A DNA stretch of 64,000 bases from Flammeovirgaceae bacterium UBA7330 (GTDB taxonomy: Bacteria > Bacteroidota > Bacteroidia > Cytophagales > Cyclobacteriaceae): the NCBI GenBank assembly GCA_002471275.1, contig DKPQ01000011.1, positions 55,652-119,651 on the forward strand, in the 5' to 3' direction. Made by a program: the position numbers and the translations under genes. Of the stretch, positions 55,348 to 64,000 are shown piece after piece. Position 1 is the first letter of the stretch. Each line of letters begins with the position of its first letter. The notes beneath the pieces were generated by a model. It ran no database searches, was not told where the DNA came from, and saw only the letters and a list, made by a program, of their open reading frames with translations.

Positions 55348-56751
55348 ATGCTAAGTAGTATCAAAAAATTTCTATCTCTATTTCTTTCTGCACTTCGCGG
55401 TACTGATGAAGAATTCACCACCGGAAGCATAGATCGGGCGATTTTCTTGTTGGCCATTCCCATGATCGCTGAAATGATCCTGGAAGCTGTTTTCGCAGTG
55501 GTGGACATGTATTTTGTTTCCCGGATCAGTGTGAATGCCGTGGCAACAGTGGGGTTGACCGAATCCCTGATGATGATCATTTACTCCATCGCCATCGGGC
55601 TGTCCATGGCAACAACGGCCATTGTTGCGCGCCGGATTGGAGCTAAAGAACACAAACGTGCAGCCGATGCCGGTTTTCAGGCAATATTCCTTGCTGCCAT
55701 TATTGGGCTTACCATCGGGGTAGGTGGTTTTATCTTTTCTGAAGAGTTGCTTTTCCTGATGGGTGGTGATGCTACGATGGTGGCTGAGGGTGTTGGATTT
55801 ACCCGAATCATGTTTGCAGGTAATATCTCTATCGTCATGATCTTTTTGATCAATGCGATATTCAGGGGTGCTGGAGATGCCTCGATCGCCATGTGGTCGC
55901 TTACCCTGGCCAATGGATTAAATATCATTTTGGATCCACTATTGATCTTTGGGTGGGGTCCGATCCCAGCCTATGGGATTGACGGAGCAGCAATGGCAAC
56001 AGTAATTGGCAGGTCTGTGGGGATTATATTCCAGGTCTATTTTTTAGTGAGAGGCACAGACAGGATCAGGATAACGGTAAAAAATATTGTGATCCGCCTC
56101 AAGACCGTCTGGGAGATCATCCGAATTGCCACCACTGGCATTTGGCAATTTTTGATTGAAACGGCCAGCTGGATCTTTCTGATCAGGATCATTGCCGGCT
56201 TTGGCATGGATGCCGTAGCGGGTTATCAAATTGCGTTTAGGGTGATTGTATTCACGATCTTGCCCGCATGGGGTTTGTCAAATGCTGCGGCAACCCTGGT
56301 GGGTCAAAACCTGGGAGCGAATTCTCCGGAGCGTGCTGAAAAATCTGTGTGGCGCACTGCCCAGCTGACGATGATCTTTCTGGGGCTGGTTTCTATCGTG
56401 TTTTATTTCGGGGCAGAGATGGTGATCGGCTTGTTTGAAGCGGCTAGCGTGCCTCGTGTATCTGAAATAGGGGTGCAGGGATTGAGGATTATTTGCTTCG
56501 GCTACCTGTTTTTTGCCTATGGCATGGTAATCACTCAGGCATTTAATGGGGCAGGGGATACCAAAACTCCTTTTTTCATCAACTTCTTCGTTTTTTGGGT
56601 CTTCCAGATCCCGCTGGCTTATTTGCTGGCATTGGAGTTGGGATGGAATGAAATGGGCGTATTTGTGATGATAGCTATCGCACATTCTGTCCACGCGATT
56701 GTGAGTGTGATTATATTCAGGAGGGGAAAGTGGAAGCTGATCTCCGTTTAG
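55348..56751 (+). CDS. MATE family efflux transporter
   Basis: 467 aa with 12 TM segments and a typical MATE N-terminus (LAIPMIAEMILEAVFAVVDMYFV). Confidence 0.85.
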   Translation: MLSSIKKFLSLFLSALRGTDEEFTTGSIDRAIFLLAIPMIAEMILEAVFAVVDMYFVSRISVNAVATVGLTESLMMIIYSIAIGLSMATTAIVARRIGAKEHKRAADAGFQAIFLAAIIGLTIGVGGFIFSEELLFLMGGDATMVAEGVGFTRIMFAGNISIVMIFLINAIFRGAGDASIAMWSLTLANGLNIILDPLLIFGWGPIPAYGIDGAAMATVIGRSVGIIFQVYFLVRGTDRIRITVKNIVIRLKTVWEIIRIATTGIWQFLIETASWIFLIRIIAGFGMDAVAGYQIAFRVIVFTILPAWGLSNAAATLVGQNLGANSPERAEKSVWRTAQLTMIFLGLVSIVFYFGAEMVIGLFEAASVPRVSEIGVQGLRIICFGYLFFAYGMVITQAFNGAGDTKTPFFINFFVFWVFQIPLAYLLALELGWNEMGVFVMIAIAHSVHAIVSVIIFRRGKWKLISV

Positions 56752-56758
56752 GTTTATT

Positions 56759-57601
56759 TCAAAGTTTCATAAACAACCCAAAACCATAATTAGGATTGGC
56801 GAGAATTCGCTTTCCGTAGAAAGCCATACCTACGGAAAGTGAAACGCCGATCTTATCAGAAAAGAGATAAAGGGTCTCGGGGGTAAAAGAGAGGTACTCA
56901 ATTCTGTTTCCAAAAACGCCATTATTGACATTGCCCGGTGCCTCTTCCTCACCAATTGGTTTGATCCCAATAAACCTGATCAGGCCTGTAAGTTTTCCAT
57001 TGGACCAGCCTGACTCAAATCCATACCTGACCTCATTAGAGAATTTTTTTGTGCGGTTGTTAAATCCGAGGTTGGCATTGGCGTAGATGCCGTTTCCAAA
57101 ACCTGTGCCAGCATCGAGGCTGATCATCTGATTAAATTCTCCATCTCCCGATTGTAGGATACCGGTTTCACCACCATCCGTTGTACCGAGAGGCAGACCA
57201 AAAGTGAGCGAAGCACTCAAAGCAACCTGTTTCCCTTTGGTGATTCCGTATTTGATAGAAATGTCTGTATCACCCAGTCCGTTGAAAGCATCTCCCCTGG
57301 TCACCAACTGTCCCGTGGACAAACGCTCTTCATTCAAGGTTGATCGAACGAAAAAGGGAAAGTAAAGGATGCCAGTAATCCGGTCGGTGATGCCATATTC
57401 GGCATAGATACTGGTGGTATAAAGCGATATCGTTGTGATGGGCTCTATGCTGCCATCAGGAGTAAAATACTGGGTGCCAATGATCACATTCTGCCCTAGC
57501 TTATAAAACCCTGATCCCTTGTCCTGGGTCCAGCCACCGCCTGCCCATACCAGCAGAGGCGAAAAGAATAAGGAGTAAAGTATGAATTTTCTCATTTTCA
57601 T
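56759..57601 (-). CDS. Outer-membrane beta-barrel protein (MetA-pathway/transporter-like)
   Basis: Signal peptide, alternating beta-strand pattern, and an aromatic-rich C-terminus (YGFGLFMKL). Confidence 0.5.
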   Translation of the reverse strand: MKMRKFILYSLFFSPLLVWAGGGWTQDKGSGFYKLGQNVIIGTQYFTPDGSIEPITTISLYTTSIYAEYGITDRITGILYFPFFVRSTLNEERLSTGQLVTRGDAFNGLGDTDISIKYGITKGKQVALSASLTFGLPLGTTDGGETGILQSGDGEFNQMISLDAGTGFGNGIYANANLGFNNRTKKFSNEVRYGFESGWSNGKLTGLIRFIGIKPIGEEEAPGNVNNGVFGNRIEYLSFTPETLYLFSDKIGVSLSVGMAFYGKRILANPNYGFGLFMKL

Positions 57602-58536
57602 AGGGTTAATTCACCATACCCAAAAGTCAGGGAGGCAGGTCCACACAGTATTACTACATATTTGTATTCTCCAAAAGAAACAGTTTTGCCCATGTTTTCA
57701 GCAATTTCTGTCACATTGAAGGTGTGACTACCATTCATGGTGATTTGTGATACCTCCAGTCCCTGTGCCTTTACTTGAGCCCCTGCCGTTGAGTTGGCCA
57801 GGTATACAAATGTGCCCAGGGCAAAGGAGGTTTCGAAGTCATCGCTCAAAGTAAGGATGATGTCTTTGCCGCTTAAACTTAGTTCTGCAGTGCCTTTGGC
57901 AGTGTACCCGCTGGAGCCCATAAAGGTGGCCTGAGCCATCCCGAAGCCAACTGATATATCGTAAAAACCATCAACTCCATCAGCCGATGCTTTGATCGTG
58001 GTGAATCCCTTTGCTGCCCCTGTTACGACACCCTCTCCATTCACCGTAGCCACCTCTTCATTTTCAGATGACCAAAAGAATGTGGTGACGACCGGGACTT
58101 CATTCACCGTATATGCATTGGCCCGCAACATGGTTTCTTCACCAATATCTATATTGATCTTATCACCACTCACCACTATTTCAGCAATGTCATTTTCTGA
58201 CCCCACCACATTGATAATGACCGTATCACTGTTGGTCATACCATAAGAAGCATAAACTTTTCCGACACCCAAATCTACTGCCGTCACAGTTCCATCCTGA
58301 TCCACGCTCACGATGTCTGGGTTTAGGCTGTGAAAATCAGGCATGACTTCTTCTGCTTCACCGAGGAAGTTGATGTATGAAACCGATAGCATAAAGGATT
58401 GACCGATAAGTAATGACTCTGTCTTAGGGGTAAGTTCCAGGTTGTCTCCGGAAACAGGACCGTCAGTGACATCGGTTCCTATACAGGATCCGAGGAAGAA
58501 AATTACGGCGATCAATAAAGGTTTTGCCAGTTTCAT
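57598..58536 (-). CDS. Lipoprotein with two Big_2 Ig-like domains and a DM13-like C-terminal domain
   Basis: Lipobox FFLGSC from the ATG at 58536. Big_2 blocks: VSVDQDGTVTAVDLGVGKVYA and ATVNGEGVVTGAAKGFTTIKA. C-terminus ATFMGSSGYTAKGTAELSLSGKDIILTLSDDFETS...VYLA is DM13-like by eye. Confidence 0.5.
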   Translation of the reverse strand: MKLAKPLLIAVIFFLGSCIGTDVTDGPVSGDNLELTPKTESLLIGQSFMLSVSYINFLGEAEEVMPDFHSLNPDIVSVDQDGTVTAVDLGVGKVYASYGMTNSDTVIINVVGSENDIAEIVVSGDKINIDIGEETMLRANAYTVNEVPVVTTFFWSSENEEVATVNGEGVVTGAAKGFTTIKASADGVDGFYDISVGFGMAQATFMGSSGYTAKGTAELSLSGKDIILTLSDDFETSFALGTFVYLANSTAGAQVKAQGLEVSQITMNGSHTFNVTEIAENMGKTVSFGEYKYVVILCGPASLTFGYGELTL

Positions 58537-58595
58537 CCCTATAAAATTACAAATACCCACCCAGGAGATTGGTCTGGACTCAGACAAATGGGCTT

Positions 58596-61310
58596 TTATT
58601 TGATTACCCTGATCACGGACAATTGGTTGTCTTCAGCTAGATAGATTTCGTAGTAATTTTCGAATTGAAGGACACTGATAGGTACTCCGGATCTCAATGG
58701 TCCCCCGGTAATCAGCTGTCCCGAGCGGTTGTAGATATACAGGTTTTGATCCGTAGCATCCACGAAAGCAATCCACTCAACGCTACCTCCCAATTTGTAG
58801 TACTGTATGAGCATGGGGGATTTGCTGAAGTAATCTTTTTCAAATAATACATTGCCATCTTCATCCAATACCTCATATCGCCTGGCGGTATTGCGTAGAA
58901 TGAGGAATCCGTCCCCGGAAATATCGTTGATGATGGAAAACTTAGTATCTGTAGTGGGACGATACAACTGTTCGCGTTTGGTCACTTTACCGCTGAAGTT
59001 CACCTCAAATAATTCACCGGATCCGGTAACGGTGGAAAAATAGGTGCTTGTAAAGTTGTTACCTCGATTTACGTGAAAATTGCTGGTAGTATTGGTCTCT
59101 GTTTTGATGGGAAAACCGGGATAGTTTTCGGCTCTTCGGGTCTTAAACGTGATGCTTCCGTTTTGCTGTAAAGCCACCATAAAATCTCTTCCGGAAACGC
59201 GTATGTGTCTGAGCGGACTTGTAATAGGGGATTCCAGTGGAAGCGGTCCCCAGCCTTCGAGGATCTTGCCATCTTCATTGGTCAGGTACAGGTTTCCTTT
59301 AGCATCGGAAATAGCATATCTATAGTTTCGTGAATTGTCATAATCTACGATATTGAAAGTAGCGATCTTGATGTCTTCGCCAAATTTGGCAGGGAATCCA
59401 GGTAGATATTCACCTGTTCTGTCAATTACATGAATTGACTCTGCTGTGGAGAAGGCATACTGTAGTTTTCCATTTCTGTAATAATCTATCTGGAAGAAAT
59501 CACTGGTGACCTGAGATCCGGCGTCAACGGACCATAGCGCTTCAAAGTCAGAGGAGATCAGGTAAACATTGTTTTTTACATCCTGCAAGATCACCTCTTT
59601 TTGTTTGGTGTAGTGGTTGGTGACCAGGTAAGGTTTTGTAGAGACCTTGTCAGAAAGGGATATAGCCTTCTCTACCTCAATGGCGTACTCACCCCCGGAT
59701 GAAAACCTGGGAGGTTGATAAAGGGTGATGTTGGTGTAGTACTTGCCGTCTATGTTGCTAAATTGAAACGCCAGGTACTCCATGTTTCGAAGGGCTTGCT
59801 GGTGGTTGTTGGCATATTCTACCCAATCCGGTTTCATTTCGCCGAGCGCTTTAGACCATGTCCGTGGTGTGTTGACATACAGGCTGAAATTTGCTTCATT
59901 GTTGGTGCGATCGAGAAATCTATTGAAGCGCAATGACTTGTTCCACACTTCCTCGTCCTCGATGTTTTTCAGTAATGTCTTGAGCTGATAGATGCTATTA
60001 CTAAATATCAAATAATTGCGATAGTTCATGTAGTAGCTCTGGTCAAAACCTGCTGCGATATTACCCAACATTAGTTGTGGAAAATTATCTGTAGGTAGTC
60101 TTCTGATCTCCTGCTCACCGTATTGTTCTATATAGATTGAATCGCCCACGGAGGTAGCGTAGCGTTCGGTCATGGTGTTGAAAAAGCGTAGAGCTTCTCC
60201 CATATCATTCACTTCAAGGATCAATAGTTTTTCATTCAAATACCTGCTTGCACTTTCTACAGTCACGATGCCGATTTCCGAATCCAGGAGCGTGAAAGTA
60301 TGCTCGATATCAAAATCATAATCTCCTAGGATCTTGTTTCGGATCTCGAAGATGCCAGGAGAAGTAGTCATCAAATAGTCATTCATGGACTCTTTGAATA
60401 CCTCATTGTTGTCAAAAGTGAGGTGATACATCCAGGCTGTGTTCCCAGGAACAATTTCAGCCATATCAAAGGCGGCTCCTCTGGTTTGGTTAAAAATCGA
60501 TAAGAAGTCCCTATTGTCCGGTGTGAAAGTGAAACCATTCAAATTGATGGCATCTTCGGTGAGCTTTAAGTCGAGGAAAGACGAATTGGCCAGGTTAAAT
60601 GAAATATTTTCCTTACCTACTGTTCCCAGAATGTCTGAAAGCCTGGAAGAATTGAAATAGATGTTTCCCGCATCCTGATCCAGTTTAGCGACCTGAAACA
60701 ATTCGGCATGTTGGCTACTGAAGGAGGGGTAATCATCATCCGCGATCGTTCTGATGGCATCTTCTACCAGGAATGCCGTGAAACTTCCGATGAAATAGTT
60801 TTTAAAGAAAATATAGGCGAATGACTCACCGGAATTCGGATGTGAGATCTCTGTGATGGTGAAATCCATGTACTCCCGGGTCTTCTTTTTGAAACCTCTG
60901 TCTCTAAAATAGGCCAGTGCTTTGCTCAGGTAGGTATGCTGGCTAATGTTTTCAATCTCTGTAATGAACAGCAGGTCTGAGGTGGAGCTGGAGGTGATAT
61001 GTACTGATATCAGCGAGGATGCATCTTCAAAGACTTTAGAAAATGTGCCTTTTCCGGCTATGGTATCCAGCAAGTAAAGGTTTTTTGAAAGGGAGGAAAA
61101 AGGGGGTAGCCTGGAGATGTTTTGCCAGACAGGAAAGTCCTGAACCTGACTGATCCGCTCCAGGATATGGTCAGACTCATAGACCATCACAGCATTTTGG
61201 GGAAGGAATGACCAGGGGGATAGGTCAGCATGTTTCACCCATTTTTGGTAGGTGAAATACCCGGTTCCAGCTAACAATAATATGGCAGTGAAAACAAGAA
61301 GCCTCTTCAA
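58596..61310 (-). CDS. Large membrane-anchored protein (DUF3352-like N-terminal region, repeat/propeller-like C-terminal region)
   Basis: 904 aa with a single N-terminal TM segment (LLVFTAILLLAGTGYF). TTG start. No catalytic motif recognised. Confidence 0.5.
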   Translation of the reverse strand: MKRLLVFTAILLLAGTGYFTYQKWVKHADLSPWSFLPQNAVMVYESDHILERISQVQDFPVWQNISRLPPFSSLSKNLYLLDTIAGKGTFSKVFEDASSLISVHITSSSTSDLLFITEIENISQHTYLSKALAYFRDRGFKKKTREYMDFTITEISHPNSGESFAYIFFKNYFIGSFTAFLVEDAIRTIADDDYPSFSSQHAELFQVAKLDQDAGNIYFNSSRLSDILGTVGKENISFNLANSSFLDLKLTEDAINLNGFTFTPDNRDFLSIFNQTRGAAFDMAEIVPGNTAWMYHLTFDNNEVFKESMNDYLMTTSPGIFEIRNKILGDYDFDIEHTFTLLDSEIGIVTVESASRYLNEKLLILEVNDMGEALRFFNTMTERYATSVGDSIYIEQYGEQEIRRLPTDNFPQLMLGNIAAGFDQSYYMNYRNYLIFSNSIYQLKTLLKNIEDEEVWNKSLRFNRFLDRTNNEANFSLYVNTPRTWSKALGEMKPDWVEYANNHQQALRNMEYLAFQFSNIDGKYYTNITLYQPPRFSSGGEYAIEVEKAISLSDKVSTKPYLVTNHYTKQKEVILQDVKNNVYLISSDFEALWSVDAGSQVTSDFFQIDYYRNGKLQYAFSTAESIHVIDRTGEYLPGFPAKFGEDIKIATFNIVDYDNSRNYRYAISDAKGNLYLTNEDGKILEGWGPLPLESPITSPLRHIRVSGRDFMVALQQNGSITFKTRRAENYPGFPIKTETNTTSNFHVNRGNNFTSTYFSTVTGSGELFEVNFSGKVTKREQLYRPTTDTKFSIINDISGDGFLILRNTARRYEVLDEDGNVLFEKDYFSKSPMLIQYYKLGGSVEWIAFVDATDQNLYIYNRSGQLITGGPLRSGVPISVLQFENYYEIYLAEDNQLSVIRVIK

Positions 61311-61343
61311 ATATGCTTTTTAGGCGAAGATAACAATTAATAA

Positions 61344-61362
61344 ACTTGTCCGAAGACGAAGT
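61344..61362 (-). terminator. Hairpin with UUCG loop after sdhB
   Basis: The minus strand reads ACTTcGTC-ttcg-GACAAGT, 17 nt after the sdhB stop, followed by ttatt. Confidence 0.35.
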
Positions 61363-61378
61363 TTAGTGTTTTTAAATT

Positions 61379-62122
61379 TTATCCAAACTTCGACTTCAGA
61401 AACTCACGATTTAACCGTGCAATATTTGTCAGGCTGATCTCTTTGGGGCACTCGGCGGCGCAGGCTCCGGTATTGGTACACGCTCCAAAACCTTCGGCAT
61501 CCATCTGAGCTACCATGTTTTCAGCACGCGTTTTTCGCTCTATCTGACCCTGTGGCAGCAAGGCAAACTGTGAAACTTTCGCAGAAACGAAAAGCATCGC
61601 AGATGAGTTTTTGCAGGCTGCAACACATGCACCACAACCGATACATGTAGCCGCATCGAAGGCTTTGTCAGCATCGTCCTTGTTTACAGGGATTGCGTTG
61701 GCATCCTGGGTATTACCGGAAGTATTTACTGAGATATAACCGCCTGCATGTTGAATGCGGTCAAAAGAAGACCTGTCTACAATCAGGTCTTTGATCACAG
61801 GAAATGCCTTGGATCGGAAAGGTTCGATATAAATGGTGTCTCCATCTTTGAATTTACGCATATGGAGCTGACAGGTCGTGATAGCAGTATCCGGACCATG
61901 AGGCCTTCCATTGATTTGTAATGAACACATGCCGCAAATTCCCTCCCGGCAGTCATGGTCAAAAGCTACCGGCTCTTCACCTTTCTCGATGAGTTCATTG
62001 TTTAAGACATCCAGCATTTCCAGGAACGACATATCGGGTGAGACATTCTTCATGTCATAGTTCACCATCTTCCCTTTATCGCTGGCATTTTTTTGCCTCC
62101 AGATTTTAAGCTTAAGATCCAT
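61379..62122 (-). CDS. sdhB: Succinate dehydrogenase/fumarate reductase iron-sulfur subunit
   Basis: Cys clusters [20 protein letters not shown] and [12 protein letters not shown]. Confidence 0.9.
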   Translation of the reverse strand: MDLKLKIWRQKNASDKGKMVNYDMKNVSPDMSFLEMLDVLNNELIEKGEEPVAFDHDCREGICGMCSLQINGRPHGPDTAITTCQLHMRKFKDGDTIYIEPFRSKAFPVIKDLIVDRSSFDRIQHAGGYISVNTSGNTQDANAIPVNKDDADKAFDAATCIGCGACVAACKNSSAMLFVSAKVSQFALLPQGQIERKTRAENMVAQMDAEGFGACTNTGACAAECPKEISLTNIARLNREFLKSKFG

Positions 62123-62127
62123 AGTAA

Positions 62128-64000
62128 TTATTTATAACTTCTTTCCTTAACTTCAATATTTTCGTATTTCAACTCTTCTTTGTGAAGAACTGCTTTGCTT
62201 GGCTCACCTTTATATTCCCATGCAGCTACATACTGGAATTTAGGATCACGTTTGGCTTCTCCCTCAGGTGTTTGGAATTCTTCCCTGAAGTGACCACCAC
62301 ATGACTCTTCTCGGTGTAGGGCATCCTTGGCAAACAGTTCACCCAACTCTAGAAAATCTGCCACACGACCCGCCTTCGCAAGCTCTTCATTGTATTCATT
62401 AATGCTGCCAGGTATTTTCACATCTTTATAAAACTCTTCCCTGATGGCTTTGATCTCGTCGATGGCTTCTTTTAAGCCTTTGGCATTTCTGGCCATACCT
62501 ACCTTGTCCCACATCACTTTTCCAAGCTTCTTGTGGAAGTAATCGACTGACTTGGTGCCTTTATTGTTGATCAGCTTTTCCAATTGATCCCGTACGGATT
62601 TCTCAGCCTCATCAAATTCCTTGGAGTCCGTTGGTATCTTACCAGTTCTGATGTCACTCGCCAGGTAATCACCAATGGTGTAAGGCAATACAAAATATCC
62701 ATCAGCCAGACCCTGCATTAGTGCCGAAGCCCCAAGCCTGTTGGCTCCATGATCCGAGAAGTTGGCTTCGCCAATGACAAAGCATCCCGGGATGGTAGAC
62801 ATCAGGTTGTAATCCACCCAGGTTCCACCCATGGTGTAGTGAACAGCAGGATAGATCATCATGGGAGTCTCGTACGGATTGTCATCCACAATCTTTTCGT
62901 ACATCTGGAAGAGGTTTCCATATTTTGTTTTGATCACCTCTTTTCCAAGCGACCTCACTAAATCCATGTCGTTCTCATCCATCCCCTTGATGTGTGCCTG
63001 CTCTTTGCCATACCTTTCAATGGCTGCAGCGAAATCCAGGTATACAGCTTCTCCGGTGGCGTTTACACCAAAACCGGCATCGCACCTTTCTTTGGCTGCC
63101 CTGGAGGCAACGTCTCTTGGAACGAGGTTACCAAAAGCAGGATATCTTCTTTCCAGGTAGTAATCCCTGTCTTCCTCAGCGATTTGCGTTGGCTTGAGCT
63201 TTCCTGCCCGGATAGCTTCAACATCTTCTTTTTTCTTGGGCACCCAGATCCTGCCATCGTTTCGGAGTGACTCAGACATCAGGGTAAGCTTGGATTGATG
63301 ATCACCGGAGACGGGGATACATGTAGGGTGGATCTGTGTGTAACATGGATTGGCAAACCAAGCTCCTTTTTTATGGATCTTCCAGGTGGCAGATACGTTG
63401 CTACCCATCGCATTGGTAGAAAGGAAGAATACATTACCATACCCTCCTGAGGCAATCACTACTGCATGTGCCGAATGTCTTTCTAGTTCACCCGTTACCA
63501 GGTCACGTGCGATAATTCCACGTGCTTTACCATCCACCATCACGAGCTCTACCATTTCATGGCGGTTGTACATCTTGATCTTTCCTCTTGAGATCTGGCG
63601 ATTCATTGCGCTATAAGCCCCAAGCAACAATTGCTGGCCGGTCTGCCCTTTGGCATAAAAGGTACGGGAAACCAAAACCCCACCGAATGATCTGTTGTCA
63701 AGTAACCCGCCATATTCCCTGGCGAATGGAACGCCCTGGGCAACACACTGGTCAATGATATTTGCTGATACCTCAGCCAGACGGTATACATTTTCTTCTC
63801 TTGATCGATAGTCACCCCCTTTTACCGTATCATAGAACAAGCGGTAAACCGAGTCACCATCTCCCTGATAATTTTTAGCTGCGTTGATACCTCCCTGAGC
63901 TGCAATGGAATGCGCTCTGCGTGGAGAATCCTGAAAACAAAATGCTTTTACATTATACCCTAATTCTGCCAGCGTAGCAGCAGCAGAGCCTCCTGCCAGT
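62128..64000 (-). CDS. sdhA: Succinate dehydrogenase/fumarate reductase flavoprotein subunit, N-terminus outside window
   Basis: The frame stays open to the right edge. Translation upstream of the ORF-track Met reads [20 protein letters not shown]...[15 protein letters not shown] (FAD site). The HPTCIP and [10 protein letters not shown] blocks are present. Confidence 0.9.
   Translation of the reverse strand, partial: LAGGSAAATLAELGYNVKAFCFQDSPRRAHSIAAQGGINAAKNYQGDGDSVYRLFYDTVKGGDYRSREENVYRLAEVSANIIDQCVAQGVPFAREYGGLLDNRSFGGVLVSRTFYAKGQTGQQLLLGAYSAMNRQISRGKIKMYNRHEMVELVMVDGKARGIIARDLVTGELERHSAHAVVIASGGYGNVFFLSTNAMGSNVSATWKIHKKGAWFANPCYTQIHPTCIPVSGDHQSKLTLMSESLRNDGRIWVPKKKEDVEAIRAGKLKPTQIAEEDRDYYLERRYPAFGNLVPRDVASRAAKERCDAGFGVNATGEAVYLDFAAAIERYGKEQAHIKGMDENDMDLVRSLGKEVIKTKYGNLFQMYEKIVDDNPYETPMMIYPAVHYTMGGTWVDYNLMSTIPGCFVIGEANFSDHGANRLGASALMQGLADGYFVLPYTIGDYLASDIRTGKIPTDSKEFDEAEKSVRDQLEKLINNKGTKSVDYFHKKLGKVMWDKVGMARNAKGLKEAIDEIKAIREEFYKDVKIPGSINEYNEELAKAGRVADFLELGELFAKDALHREESCGGHFREEFQTPEGEAKRDPKFQYVAAWEYKGEPSKAVLHKEELKYENIEVKERSYK

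Noticed and set aside
1-64000. Search for tRNA, rRNA, CRISPR arrays, integrases, transposases, phage genes and toxin-antitoxin pairs
   Set aside because: I saw no tRNA-like T-arm strings outside coding regions, no spaced direct-repeat arrays and no recombinase-like ORFs. The window looks like core chromosome, so I claim no mobile element or classical defence island.

Overview
This 64 kb segment looks like ordinary chromosome from a Bacteroidota (Cytophagia/Flavobacteriia-like) organism. The phylum call rests on type IX secretion (T9SS) type A and type B C-terminal sorting domains, a PorP/SprF gene, SprB repeats, BlaR1-TonB fusions and TAnnTTTG -7 promoter boxes. I support about 50 protein-coding genes at high coding density. 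I found no rRNA, tRNA, CRISPR array, integrase or transposase. Housekeeping content includes uxaA/uxaB (hexuronate catabolism), gpsA plus a glycerolipid acyltransferase, a polyprenyl synthase, an aromatic amino-acid aminotransferase with prephenate dehydrogenase, peptidyl-dipeptidase Dcp, and succinate dehydrogenase/fumarate reductase subunits A and B. Accessory content includes a four-gene operon of T9SS cell-surface proteins with a divergent PorP/SprF gene, an eight-repeat SprB-type T9SS protein, a GH78 rhamnosidase fused to an esterase, a BlaI/BlaR1-TonB pair, and an arylsulfatase next to a SulP transporter. The candidates most worth follow-up are: (1) a roughly 820 aa fusion of an alpha-oxoamine synthase to a FemAB/BioF2-like GNAT acyltransferase, tightly followed by a soluble hybrid histidine kinase; (2) an orphan cGAS/DncV-like nucleotidyltransferase homologue whose catalytic residues appear replaced and which has no adjacent effector; (3) a three-gene envelope module (904 aa protein, Big_2+DM13-like lipoprotein, beta-barrel) downstream of sdhAB. 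All functional calls come from reading motifs by eye, and no database search was run.
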